Assembly: GCA_964441025.1 (NCBI GenBank)
Contig: CAYTXG010000002.1
Location: 22,787 to 86,786 of the forward strand
DNA length: 64,000 nt
From: an uncultured Syntrophomonadaceae bacterium
Lineage (GTDB): Bacteria; Bacillota; Dethiobacteria; DTU022
Direction: 5' to 3'
Part shown: positions 30,344 through 39,372 of the stretch, in pieces
Layout of the letters: every line of letters starts with the position of its first letter
Position numbering within the stretch: position 1 is the stretch's first letter
Program-made: the position numbers and the translations under genes
The notes under the pieces: generated by a model
The model's input: only the letters and a program-made list of their open reading frames with translations
What the model was told of the DNA's origin: nothing
The model's database searches: none

Positions 30344-31258
30344 TTGCCCTGGCAGGATAAAATGATCATACTCTGCGGTGGTGACAGGCGGGAAATAGAA
30401 CTTTACCGCTGCTGGAAAGAATCGGGGCTGAAGGTCAAGGCAGCCGGTTTCGAGCAGGCCTCGCCGGTTTTAGATCACGGCTGGCGGGCTGTTGAGGAGG
30501 ATTTTGCGCTGGCCGGTGTGTTCATCGCCCCGCTTTCGGGCCTCAGAGCCGATGGCAGTGTCAGCGCGCCCTTTGCAGGGGGCAAATTTCCTCTGCTCCC
30601 CTGTCTTGAAAATGCCCCTTCCGGAGCGCTGCTGCTGGCCGGCGCGGTTGCGCCGGGACTCAGGGAGAGACTTGGTCAAAAATTTCGCCTGGTAATTACC
30701 GGTGCGGAGGAAGAGCTTGCACTGCTCAACGCCATTCCCACAGCTGAAGGGGCCATTCAGAAAGCTATGGAGCTTTCACCGGTAACTGTACACGGCAGCA
30801 CCGCCCTGGTTGTAGGTCTGGGTCGCTGCGGCGGAGCTCTGGCCAGGGCGATGCAAGGCCTGGGCGCCCGGGTACGGGTCCTGGTGAGGCGGCGGGAGTG
30901 CGCGGCGCTGGCCTTCTCCGCCGGCTATCGCCCTTACTATATCGCAGAGGGAGAGGACGCGCTTACCGGTGCTGATTTCATCTTCAACACGGCCCCGGCG
31001 CCGCTTCTAACTGCCGCCCTTCTGAAGCAGGTGAAAAAAGAGGCGCTCATCCTGGATATTGCTTCAGCGCCGGGTGGTGTTGATTTTGCCGCAGCCGCCT
31101 TGTACGGCCTGACTGCGCTGCTGCTGCCTTCCCTGCCGGGGCAGGCTGCTCCGCGAACGGCGGGGCTTAACCTGGCGCGGATTTACCGGCGCCTCATAGC
31201 GGAGACTTTCCAAACTGTAGATACTCCTGAAAGGAAGAGCAAAGATGTCCATACTTGA
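30344..31258 (+). CDS. dpaA: Dipicolinate synthase subunit A
   Basis: GGDRRE, NAIPTAEGAI, VGLGRCG, FNTAP, DIASAPGGVDF, LPGQAAPRTAG. TTG 30344 lies 8 nt after GGAGG. Confidence 0.93.
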   Translation: MPWQDKMIILCGGDRREIELYRCWKESGLKVKAAGFEQASPVLDHGWRAVEEDFALAGVFIAPLSGLRADGSVSAPFAGGKFPLLPCLENAPSGALLLAGAVAPGLRERLGQKFRLVITGAEEELALLNAIPTAEGAIQKAMELSPVTVHGSTALVVGLGRCGGALARAMQGLGARVRVLVRRRECAALAFSAGYRPYYIAEGEDALTGADFIFNTAPAPLLTAALLKQVKKEALILDIASAPGGVDFAAAALYGLTALLLPSLPGQAAPRTAGLNLARIYRRLIAETFQTVDTPERKSKDVHT

Positions 31259-31862
31259 AGGTAAACGGATCGGGGTGGCGCTGACGGGATCCCACTGTAC
31301 CATTGGGGCGATCCTGCCCCAGTTGGAGAAACTGGCCCTGACCGGCGCACTTCTCTTTCCCATTCTATCTCCGACACTGGAACAGACCGACACCCGGTTC
31401 GGCACTGCTGTGGAGCTACGCCGTAATATTGGGCGGATCACCGGAAGACAGCCCTGGACCGCCATTGTGGATGTGGAGCCCATAGGACCGAAAAAACTGC
31501 TTGATCTGCTGCTTATTGCCCCCTGCAGCGGCAATACCATGGCAAAACTGGCGAGTGGAATTGTTGATACCGCTGTTCTCATGGCGGCCAAGGCCCAGCT
31601 GCGTAATGAAAAACCGCTACTTATCTCCATCTCCACAAATGACGGTTTGGGCTTGAATGCACTGAACCTTGGTCGCATTCTCACTACAAAACATATTTTT
31701 ATGGTACCCTTCGGACAGGATAACCCGGCAGAAAAGCCCAACTCCCTTGTGGCGGAAGCCGGACTGATCCTGCCGGCGGCGGAGGCCGCGCTGTCGGGAC
31801 GGCAGCTGCAGCCTGTTCTGATTAGCCCGCTCAAGGACCCGGCCGGGGCGGGTCAGCTATAG
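31245..31862 (+). CDS. dpaB: Dipicolinate synthase subunit B
   Basis: ALTGSHCT, APCSGNTMAKLA, STNDGLG, PFGQDNP..KPNSL. Confidence 0.95.
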   Translation: MSILEGKRIGVALTGSHCTIGAILPQLEKLALTGALLFPILSPTLEQTDTRFGTAVELRRNIGRITGRQPWTAIVDVEPIGPKKLLDLLLIAPCSGNTMAKLASGIVDTAVLMAAKAQLRNEKPLLISISTNDGLGLNALNLGRILTTKHIFMVPFGQDNPAEKPNSLVAEAGLILPAAEAALSGRQLQPVLISPLKDPAGAGQL

Positions 31863-31864
31863 AT

Positions 31865-31893
31865 TTATGATTCGCCCCCGTTTATGTTATAAT
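31865..31893 (+). promoter_or_regulatory. Extended -10 SigA-like element abutting the dapA SD
   Basis: TTATGA-17-TATAAT with TG extension, followed 1 nt later by AGGAGG. Confidence 0.45.
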
Positions 31894-31908
31894 TAGGAGG
31901 TGCTTTTT

Positions 31909-32799
31909 TTGTCAGCATCACTGGGTACTGTGATTACGGCAATGGTAACCCCCTTCGATGAAAAAGGGGATGTAAATTACAGGGGAGCCGCGGGCCTGGC
32001 CCGATATCTTGTTGAACAGGGCTCCACAGGACTGGTTGTTTCCGGCACCACAGGGGAATCACCCACCCTGACCGCGAAGGAGAAGGTGAGGCTTTACAGC
32101 GCCGTTGTTGAGGCGGTGGAGGGGAAAGCGGCGGTTATCGCCGGCACGGGGAGCAACTGTACCGCCTCGGCTCTTTCAATGACAAGTGCGGCGGCGCGGT
32201 GCGGTGTTGAAGCCGTTCTGCTGGTAACTCCCTATTACAACAAGCCGACGCAGGAGGGACTTTACCGTCATTTCAGCGCCGTCGCCCGGGAAACCGATCT
32301 GCCGGTCATGCTCTACAATGTTCCCGGAAGAACGGGCGTAAATATGAATGCGGATACGGTTCTCAGGCTGGCGGAGATCGAAAATATCGTGGCTCTGAAG
32401 GAGGCGGGGGGCAGCCTGGAACAGGCCTCTTGTATTTGCGCCCAGGCGCCGCCGGGCTTCAGCCTCTATTCGGGCGACGACGCGCTGACGCTACCCCTGC
32501 TCAGTGTGGGGGCTGTTGGTGTGGTCAGCGTTGCCTCCCACCTGGTGGGACCCCAGATTGCCGCGATGATCGATTTCTTCAAGCAGGGGCGGGTCATGGA
32601 TGCGACCCGCATGCACCTGGCTCTGCTTCCGCTGTTCAAGGGCCTGTTTACTGCGGCAAATCCCATACCTGTCAAGGCGGCACTGAACCTCATCGGCATT
32701 GATGCGGGCGCCCCCAGGCTGCCGCTGCTGCCGTTGGATGGGGAGCCCCTGGATTCGCTGAAGGAGTTGTTGCGCATTCGCGAGATGGCGAGTGCTTGA
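31909..32799 (+). CDS. dapA: 4-hydroxy-tetrahydrodipicolinate synthase
   Basis: TAMVTPF, GTTGESPTL, PYYNKP, LYNVPGRTG, ALKEA. TTG 31909. Confidence 0.97.
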   Translation: MSASLGTVITAMVTPFDEKGDVNYRGAAGLARYLVEQGSTGLVVSGTTGESPTLTAKEKVRLYSAVVEAVEGKAAVIAGTGSNCTASALSMTSAAARCGVEAVLLVTPYYNKPTQEGLYRHFSAVARETDLPVMLYNVPGRTGVNMNADTVLRLAEIENIVALKEAGGSLEQASCICAQAPPGFSLYSGDDALTLPLLSVGAVGVVSVASHLVGPQIAAMIDFFKQGRVMDATRMHLALLPLFKGLFTAANPIPVKAALNLIGIDAGAPRLPLLPLDGEPLDSLKELLRIREMASA

Positions 32800-32833
32800 A
32801 CAAATATAAAAATTTAGAAGGAGTATTGATAGT

Positions 32834-34513
32834 TTGAAAAAGAAAAACAGAAGCCTGCGGGTAATCCCACTGGGCGGTGTTGGGGAGATCGGGAAGAATA
32901 TGTTTCTTTTTGAATGCAACGGTGACAGCATTCTCCTCGATGCCGGTCTCAAATTTCCCGAGGAGGAGATGCACGGCATTGACATCGTGCTGCCCGATAT
33001 CTCCTACCTCATGAAAAACAAGGATAAGCTGCGGGCAATCATTCTAACACACGGGCACGAGGATCACATCGGGGCGATCCCCTACATTATCGAGGAGCTG
33101 ACGGTGCCGGTATATGGAACCCGTCTTACACTGGGACTGCTGAAAGCAAAGCTCGAGGAGTATGAGCACCTCTCCCCGGTGAAGATGCATGAAATCAAGG
33201 CGGGCCGGGAACTGATCCTGTCCAATAATTTTCGCCTTGAATTCTTCAGGACAAACCACAGTATCCCCGATACCGTCGGCGTGATCCTGAATACCCCCGC
33301 CGGTGTTGTAGTCTATACCGGCGATTTCAAATTCGACCACACCCCTGTAGATGGTAAGCTTACCGATTTTTACAAACTGGCGGAATTGGGGCAGCGCAAT
33401 GTTCTGCTGACCCTGATCGATTCCACAAATGCCGACCGCCCGGGATTCACCGCCTCCGAGAGTGAAGTGGGGGAGACGATTGATGATATCTTCCGCACCT
33501 CCCGGGACCGGATCATCTTTGCAACTTTCGCTTCGAACATTCATCGCGTTCAGCAGGTCATTGATGCGGCGCTCCGCTACGGCCGCAAAATCTGCGTGAC
33601 TGGGCGCAGCCTGGAAAACTCCGTGCGGATCTCTTCCGAGCTGGGCTATCTTGACTACCCCGAGTCGATGATGGTGGAGTTGAACCAGATCAACCGGATC
33701 CCCCTTGACAAGCTTGTTGTACTGACCACGGGCAGCCAGGGCGAACCCATGTCCGCCCTGACCCGCATCTCCACCTCCGGGCACAAACAGATCGAGATTA
33801 TCCCGGGTGACACGGTGATTATAGCGGCAAACCCCATTCCTGGCAATGAAAAGCTTGTTGCCCGTACTGTAAACAACCTTTTCCGCCGGGGGGCAAAAGT
33901 GATCCACCGCTCCGTTTCCGGGGTACATGTTTCCGGACATGGCAGTGAAGAGGAGATCAAGCTCATGCTTAACCTCATTCAACCCCGCTACCTGCTCCCG
34001 GTGCACGGTGAATACCGCCACATGGTTCACTGCTCCTATATCGGACAGAAATTAGGCATACCCGGCGAGAATATCTTTCTCACCGATCCAGGAACGGTGC
34101 TGGAGTTCGACGGGGGTAAAGCCTCCATAACCGGTGAAGTGGCTGCGGGCAAGGTCATGGTTGACGGCCTGGGTGTGGGCGATGTGGGCAGCGTGGTCCT
34201 CCGGGATCGTTGTTTGCTGGCCGAAGAGGGGATTGTCATTGTTGTGGCGGCCATGGATCCGAAAAAAGGACGGCTCCTGGCCGGCCCTGAAATAATCACG
34301 CGCGGCTTCGTCTATGTCCGCGAGTCCGAGGAGATGCTGGAGGAGGCAAAGCGGGAGGTGGCCCGCCGGCTGGCCGCACTGAGCCCGCAGCAGCTCATTG
34401 ACTGGAATGTCGTCAAGTCGCATGTAAGAGATGAAGCGGCGTCATATTTCTTTGAAAAAACAGGCCGCCGCCCCATGATCATGCCGGTAGTTATCGAAGT
34501 GAAGGGCGACTAG
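32834..34513 (+). CDS. rnj: Ribonuclease J
   Basis: PLGGVGEIGKNM, THGHEDHIG, TGSQGEP, HVSGH, PVHGEYRH. Confidence 0.97.
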   Translation: MKKKNRSLRVIPLGGVGEIGKNMFLFECNGDSILLDAGLKFPEEEMHGIDIVLPDISYLMKNKDKLRAIILTHGHEDHIGAIPYIIEELTVPVYGTRLTLGLLKAKLEEYEHLSPVKMHEIKAGRELILSNNFRLEFFRTNHSIPDTVGVILNTPAGVVVYTGDFKFDHTPVDGKLTDFYKLAELGQRNVLLTLIDSTNADRPGFTASESEVGETIDDIFRTSRDRIIFATFASNIHRVQQVIDAALRYGRKICVTGRSLENSVRISSELGYLDYPESMMVELNQINRIPLDKLVVLTTGSQGEPMSALTRISTSGHKQIEIIPGDTVIIAANPIPGNEKLVARTVNNLFRRGAKVIHRSVSGVHVSGHGSEEEIKLMLNLIQPRYLLPVHGEYRHMVHCSYIGQKLGIPGENIFLTDPGTVLEFDGGKASITGEVAAGKVMVDGLGVGDVGSVVLRDRCLLAEEGIVIVVAAMDPKKGRLLAGPEIITRGFVYVRESEEMLEEAKREVARRLAALSPQQLIDWNVVKSHVRDEAASYFFEKTGRRPMIMPVVIEVKGD

Positions 34514-34523
34514 CAATGTATAA

Positions 34524-34543
34524 GGGCGAGGCGTGCCTCGCCC
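34524..34543. repeat. REP-like GC palindrome GGGCGAGGC-GT-GCCTCGCCC
   Basis: Perfect 9-bp stem with a 2-nt loop, preceded by GTATAA, between convergent genes. Confidence 0.55.
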
Positions 34544-34616
34544 AAATATATCAGGGTCGAAGTACAAAGAACTGCCAGGAAAGATGTAGATTTATAGACA
34601 GCATTTGCTACCTGGT

Positions 34617-34652
34617 GAGTCAAAGTCACCGTCCCCGTGACTCGCGTGACTC
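34617..34652 (+). repeat. REP-like palindrome, ACCGTCCC family (copy 3)
   Basis: GAGTCA/TGACTC stem around AAGTCACCGTCCCCG with a duplicated GTGACTC; it overlaps the last codons and stop of the DUF1667 gene. Confidence 0.6.
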
Positions 34653-35009
34653 AAGCAATGTGCGCGTGGCCACCAGATCCGCGCCGCTGCCGGCAAAATT
34701 TTCTGCAATAACATCGCCGCAATGCAGCGGCGCCGCTGCACCGAGCTTCGCCAGCGCCCGCGAAGCCTCCAGCACTAATTTTTTTGGGATAGGCGAGGAT
34801 GTCTTTACAGGCAGCCGGGGAAGAAAGGCGCCGGTTACCCTGATTGTACCCGTCAAAACCCGGCGGGGATCCGAAAGCTCCTGCAGGGCATATTTTTCGC
34901 CGCGGCCGCATTCATGCCCGCTCGCGACAGGACCCTCAGGGCCTTCCAGAACCCGCACCAGGCAGCCCAGCGGGCAAACGATGCAGGTGAAATGATGTTC
35001 CCGGCTCAG
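34626..35009 (-). CDS. DUF1667 family CxxC protein; probable CTG start
   Basis: FTCIVCPLGC, SGHECGRG..YA, PVKTSSPIPK. The first cysteines lie upstream of the track GTG. CTG 35009 overlaps the upstream stop (CTGA), with GAGGAGG 10 nt upstream. Confidence 0.85.
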   Translation of the reverse strand: MSREHHFTCIVCPLGCLVRVLEGPEGPVASGHECGRGEKYALQELSDPRRVLTGTIRVTGAFLPRLPVKTSSPIPKKLVLEASRALAKLGAAAPLHCGDVIAENFAGSGADLVATRTLLESRESRGR

Positions 35010-36283
35010 CTCTTTTTCGCCTCCTCAGTTTTAATCATGCAGACAACAGGCTCTTCACCGGCAAGGTCCTTCAGAAGAGAGGGGTCGATCTCAAGGTGAA
35101 TCATCTCGGGGGGGCGGGCCATGCGCAGCTTTTTTCGAAACAGCAGCCTGTCCCGCACCAGCAGGCTTAAAACGGCGCCGCGAATTTCGGAGCGGGCGCG
35201 AATGTAAAGATCTACCTTTTCATCCTCGCACAGCGGCAGGCTGAGCTGCTGCGGTGTCACAGCGGCAACATTTTCTCCCCTTTCAAGCGCGATCCGGCCG
35301 CCGCCGCGCCTGAATCCGGCTGCGAAGCGGGCCGCCGCTCTGCCGGCGGCGGCAGCCGCCCTGCTCACATGATCCACCAGGTCATAGACATGAACCACGT
35401 TACCGCCGGCATAGATGCCCGGCCGGCTGGTGGCCATATCCTGATCCACCCGCGGCCCTTTTGTGGCCGGATCAATGGCTATGCCGGCGCTCCGGGACAG
35501 TTCGTTTTCGGGAATGAGCCCCACTGAAAGGATCAGGGTGTCGCAGGCGATGAAGCGCTCCTGCTCCGGCAGCGGCCTTCCCAGGCTGTCAACAGGCGCC
35601 ACCGAAACCCCGCTGAGCCTCTTCTTGCCGTGAACAAAGGTAACGGTATGGGAGAGGAAAAGAGGAATCCCAAAATCGTGGAGACATTGCACAATATTTC
35701 GGGTCAACCCCCCGGGACGGGGCGCTATCTCGAAAACGCCGCAGACATGGGCCCCCTCTAGAGTAAGGCGGCGGGCCATGATCAGGCCGATGTCGCCCGA
35801 ACCGAGGATGACCGCCCGTTCACCGGGCATCAGGCCTTCCATATTGATCAAACGCTGCACCGTCCCGGCTGTGTAGATGCCCGCCGGGCGGTAGCCTGGA
35901 AGGATTGCCTGGAAGCGGCTGCGCTCGCGGCAGCCCATGGCCAGGACCAACGCGCCGGGCTGCAGTTCAAAAGACTTTTCCCTGTTCACCGCGCGGATCC
36001 GGCGGTCAGGATCCAGCTGCAAAACCATAGTCCCAGTGAGCGCCCTGATCCCCCTCTGCTCCTGCAGATCTTTGATGAAACGCTGCGCATACTCCGGTCC
36101 TGTCAAACTTTGACCAAAGGTGAGGTTGCCGAAACCGTCGTGAATACACTGGTTCAGAATGCCGCCCAGCTCCCGATCCCTCTCGAGGAGAATAACATCG
36201 CCGGCCCCGGCTTCAGCTGCAGCCAGTGCGGCGGCCATTCCCGCAGGCCCGCCCCCGATAACCGCAACCTGCCCCGGGCTCAT
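35006..36283 (-). CDS. NAD(P)/FAD-dependent oxidoreductase (pyridine nucleotide-disulphide family)
   Basis: VIGGGPAGMAAA, GGILNQCIHDGFG, AMGCRER, ILGSGDIGLIMARR, CDTLILSVGLIPENEL. ATG 36283 overlaps the upstream TGA. Confidence 0.9.
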   Translation of the reverse strand: MSPGQVAVIGGGPAGMAAALAAAEAGAGDVILLERDRELGGILNQCIHDGFGNLTFGQSLTGPEYAQRFIKDLQEQRGIRALTGTMVLQLDPDRRIRAVNREKSFELQPGALVLAMGCRERSRFQAILPGYRPAGIYTAGTVQRLINMEGLMPGERAVILGSGDIGLIMARRLTLEGAHVCGVFEIAPRPGGLTRNIVQCLHDFGIPLFLSHTVTFVHGKKRLSGVSVAPVDSLGRPLPEQERFIACDTLILSVGLIPENELSRSAGIAIDPATKGPRVDQDMATSRPGIYAGGNVVHVYDLVDHVSRAAAAAGRAAARFAAGFRRGGGRIALERGENVAAVTPQQLSLPLCEDEKVDLYIRARSEIRGAVLSLLVRDRLLFRKKLRMARPPEMIHLEIDPSLLKDLAGEEPVVCMIKTEEAKKS

Positions 36284-38013
36284 GGAGCAAAAACCCCCTT
36301 TGGCAGAGGATCCTCCTTGGTCCGGCGGCTGAACAAAGGCGAGCCCGGACCGCTTTTCGTCACCTGCACCGGCGGAATATTCAGCTCCCGCGAGATGATG
36401 GAGAGCACCCTGGGCAGGCAAAAACCGCCCTGGCAGCGGCCCATGCCGGCGCGGGTACGCCGCTTCACCGCATCAAGGGTCAGGGCGGGAAGGGGTCGGT
36501 GCAGAGCATCTACAATTTCTCTCTCCGAAACCTGCTCGCAGCGGCAAACAATATGCCCGTAGCGTTCATCATGCCGGATCAGCCTGTTCTGTTCGGCCGG
36601 TGAAAGGGAGTTGAAGGGCGGCGGTTCACGCCGGAGCGGGTTGAAATTTGTCTTCTCTGCCGGCACATTTCCCTCCTCCCTCAGGATCTCCAAAACCATC
36701 CCGGCAATGGCCGGCGCCGCCGCAAGCCCCGGGGACTGGATTCCGGCCACATTGATCAGCCCTTTCATCTCTTTTGAAGGAGCAATATGAAAATCCTCGG
36801 TATAGGTGGCCGCCCTGATGCCGGCAAAGAAGGTGATGATGTTGCCCCAGGAATCATAGCCGGGCATGAGAGGGCCGAATTTTTCTATAATTCGCTGCAG
36901 CCCTTCCCGTGAAACTGAGGTGTCTTCTGGATCGGCCATCTCTATGGCCGTCGGCCCCCATTCGGGGTTGCCGTCCACAGTAAGCATGGTGCCGCCGCCC
37001 TTGGTAAAAGGGTCGCGGGTTATCTCCAGAATCCCGGTGGCCATGCAGGCATGTTCCGGCGCAGACTCCCGGTCAAATATGATGAATTCTCCTTTGCGAG
37101 GGTGTATGGTGAATTCCGCAGGACCGGCCATTTCAGCGATCCTTCCGGCATGGACCCCGGCGGCATTGATACAGCACCCTGTCATAAAAGAGCCCCGCGA
37201 GGTAACCACCTTGTTAAGAGAGCCCTTTTCCCCTTTCAGGGCGGTTACCTCTGTATTCAGGTAGAATACGGCCCCATTGGCGGCGGCATTTTCAGCGCAG
37301 GCGATTGTCAGCTTGTAGGGGCAGGTCATTGCAGTGGTAGGCGCAAGAAGGGCTCCCTTGATCCCGGGGTTGAGCGCCGGTTCCATGAAGCGCAGCTCTT
37401 CCGGTCCCACCAGCTCAACGGGAATATCGTCCATCTCCCCCCGCGCCTTCAGCATCTCCAGCAGAAAAAGCTCCTCATCCTTGAACACGATAACCGCCAG
37501 GTTGCAGCGCCGGTAGGGAACATCAAGATCGCGGCAAAGGTTTTCGAAAAGCGCGCTGCCGCGTAGGTTCAGAGTGCTGCGCAGGCTGCCCGGTTCCTGG
37601 ACAATGCCCGAGTGAACCATGCCGTTGTTCGCTTTGCTGGCGCCGCAGGCGACATCGGCTTCTTTTTCCAGAACAACGATATCCAGCTGAAAACGGGACA
37701 GCTCCCTGGCTATGGCCGCGCCCACGATGCCTGCGCCGACGATGACCACATCGGCCCTGCCGATGACGCTGTGATCACCTTCCGGTGCAATGTACGACGG
37801 CGGCCCGCCTTCGACGGCGGTTATTGTATTGACCACTCCGCGGACATTTCTGATCCCGCCTGCCAGGCGGCCTGCAAGGACTACCTGCTCCCAGCTGTCC
37901 ACGGCGCCAGACAGCCGGAGCAGGCCCTGCTCTTCGGAAACCTGTAAATTAAACTTATCCAGGCCCTGGCCGGCCCACAGTTCAAGCAGCAGCGCCGCCG
38001 GATTTTTTGTCAT
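36280..38013 (-). CDS. FAD-dependent oxidoreductase (GlpA/LhgO-like) with N-terminal BON domain and C-terminal BFD-like [2Fe-2S] domain
   Basis: N-terminal LRLSGAVDS..GIRNVRGVVNTI (BON-like), GAGIVG, ASKANNGMVH, IQSPGLAAAPAI, CRCEQV...RCQGGFC. ATG 38013 lies 8 nt after CAGGTGG. Confidence 0.88.
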   Translation of the reverse strand: MTKNPAALLLELWAGQGLDKFNLQVSEEQGLLRLSGAVDSWEQVVLAGRLAGGIRNVRGVVNTITAVEGGPPSYIAPEGDHSVIGRADVVIVGAGIVGAAIARELSRFQLDIVVLEKEADVACGASKANNGMVHSGIVQEPGSLRSTLNLRGSALFENLCRDLDVPYRRCNLAVIVFKDEELFLLEMLKARGEMDDIPVELVGPEELRFMEPALNPGIKGALLAPTTAMTCPYKLTIACAENAAANGAVFYLNTEVTALKGEKGSLNKVVTSRGSFMTGCCINAAGVHAGRIAEMAGPAEFTIHPRKGEFIIFDRESAPEHACMATGILEITRDPFTKGGGTMLTVDGNPEWGPTAIEMADPEDTSVSREGLQRIIEKFGPLMPGYDSWGNIITFFAGIRAATYTEDFHIAPSKEMKGLINVAGIQSPGLAAAPAIAGMVLEILREEGNVPAEKTNFNPLRREPPPFNSLSPAEQNRLIRHDERYGHIVCRCEQVSEREIVDALHRPLPALTLDAVKRRTRAGMGRCQGGFCLPRVLSIISRELNIPPVQVTKSGPGSPLFSRRTKEDPLPKGVFAP

Positions 38014-38044
38014 GTCCTGAACCACCTGCGCAGAGAAAAGTATT

Positions 38045-38077
38045 AAAAACTTCTTGATAATTCAACAGATTTCCTTT
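38045..38077 (-). promoter_or_regulatory. SigH-like promoter of the oxidoreductase operon
   Basis: Minus strand AAAGGAAAT-12-CAAGAAGTT (AGGA-18-GAAG). Confidence 0.4.
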
Positions 38078-38144
38078 AAATATTATTTTATTTTGGGATC
38101 TTTATTCTCAACCCGCCCTTTTTTATTGTGTTACATTATTTCAA

Positions 38145-38174
38145 GAAGGATCTTCTAATAGTATAGTAGAATAA
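38145..38174 (+). promoter_or_regulatory. SigH-type promoter of fbp
   Basis: GAAGGATCT-12-GTAGAATAA (AGGA-18-GAAT). Confidence 0.55.
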
Positions 38175-38256
38175 ATACAATATAGTAACCTATTCGGGAG
38201 AGAGGGCCGGTATTACCCTATCTCCTAAACATTTACAGCACGGGGAGGGCTTGTTG

Positions 38257-39351
38257 TTGAAAATTACATTAAGTGTGATCAAAGCCGATATCGGCAGTAT
38301 TGGGGGCCACCTGAGGCCGAGTGCTGCGCTCATGGAGACGGTGGGACATCATATTGAACAGGAAAAAGGCGGCCTGTTCATCGATTACCGGATCAGCAGC
38401 ACCGGTGATGACATCGCCATACTTTTTTCTCACAATAAAGGCACCGGCAGCAGCGACATACACGAACTTGCCTGGAATGCATTCATGGCCGGTACAGCCA
38501 AGGCCAGAGAGGAAGGGCTCTACGGCGCCGGGCAGGATCTGCTGAAAGACTCCTTTTCAGGAAACATCAAAGGCCTGGGACCCGCCGTTGCGGAGATGGA
38601 ATTTGAAGAGAGGGAGAACGAGCCCTTTCTGTTTTTTGCCGCCGATAAAACCGATCCCGGCGCGTACAACCTGCCGCTGTACCTCGGCTTTGCCGATCCC
38701 ATGCACTGCTCTGGACTGATCCTTTCGCCGAAGATGAGCAAGGGCTTCAAATTCGTGATCATGGATGTTGCTTGCACGGAGAAGGACCGTATCATTGAGC
38801 TGAATGCTCCTGAGGATCTTTATGATATTGCCGCTCTGTTGCGGGACAATGAGCGCTTTGTCGTCGCCAAAATATATTCGCGGGACAGCGGTGAGATAGC
38901 GGCGGCGGCCAGCACCACCCGTTTGCACAACATTGCCGGTACATATACGGGGAAAGACGATCCAGTCATGCTGGTCCGGGTTCAGGGCGCCTTCCCCGCC
39001 GCGGGCGAGGTTCTCTCTCCTTACAGTATCGGACACTATGTGGCCGGGTTCATGCGCGGCAGCCACACCGGACCCCTCATGCCTGTAAAGACCGGCTGCG
39101 GCACCTCTTTCTTCGACGGACCGCCCATTGTCACCGCGGCTGCGTTCTGTGTCCAGAAGGGCAAATTTACCGAACCCGTCGACTGTTTTGAGCATCCCTA
39201 CTGGGACCATGTCAGGGATAAGGTAGCCCGCAAGGCCGCCGGGCTTCGCGAACAGGGCTTCTCCGGAGCGGCCATGCTGCCTTATTCCGAGCTGGAATAC
39301 GGGGGCATTGTTGAAAAGATGAAAAAGCTGGACCGCAAATTCAAGTCTTAA
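38257..39351 (+). CDS. fbp: Bifunctional fructose-1,6-bisphosphate aldolase/phosphatase (class V)
   Basis: KITLSVIKADIGSIGGH, TGDDIA, LYGAGQDLL, DKTDPGAYN, YTGKDDPV (Schiff-base Tyr/Lys), GFMRGSH. Tandem TTGs at 38251/38254/38257. Confidence 0.96.
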   Translation: MKITLSVIKADIGSIGGHLRPSAALMETVGHHIEQEKGGLFIDYRISSTGDDIAILFSHNKGTGSSDIHELAWNAFMAGTAKAREEGLYGAGQDLLKDSFSGNIKGLGPAVAEMEFEERENEPFLFFAADKTDPGAYNLPLYLGFADPMHCSGLILSPKMSKGFKFVIMDVACTEKDRIIELNAPEDLYDIAALLRDNERFVVAKIYSRDSGEIAAAASTTRLHNIAGTYTGKDDPVMLVRVQGAFPAAGEVLSPYSIGHYVAGFMRGSHTGPLMPVKTGCGTSFFDGPPIVTAAAFCVQKGKFTEPVDCFEHPYWDHVRDKVARKAAGLREQGFSGAAMLPYSELEYGGIVEKMKKLDRKFKS

Positions 39352-39372
39352 GATAATCCCGTCGGAAAGATT

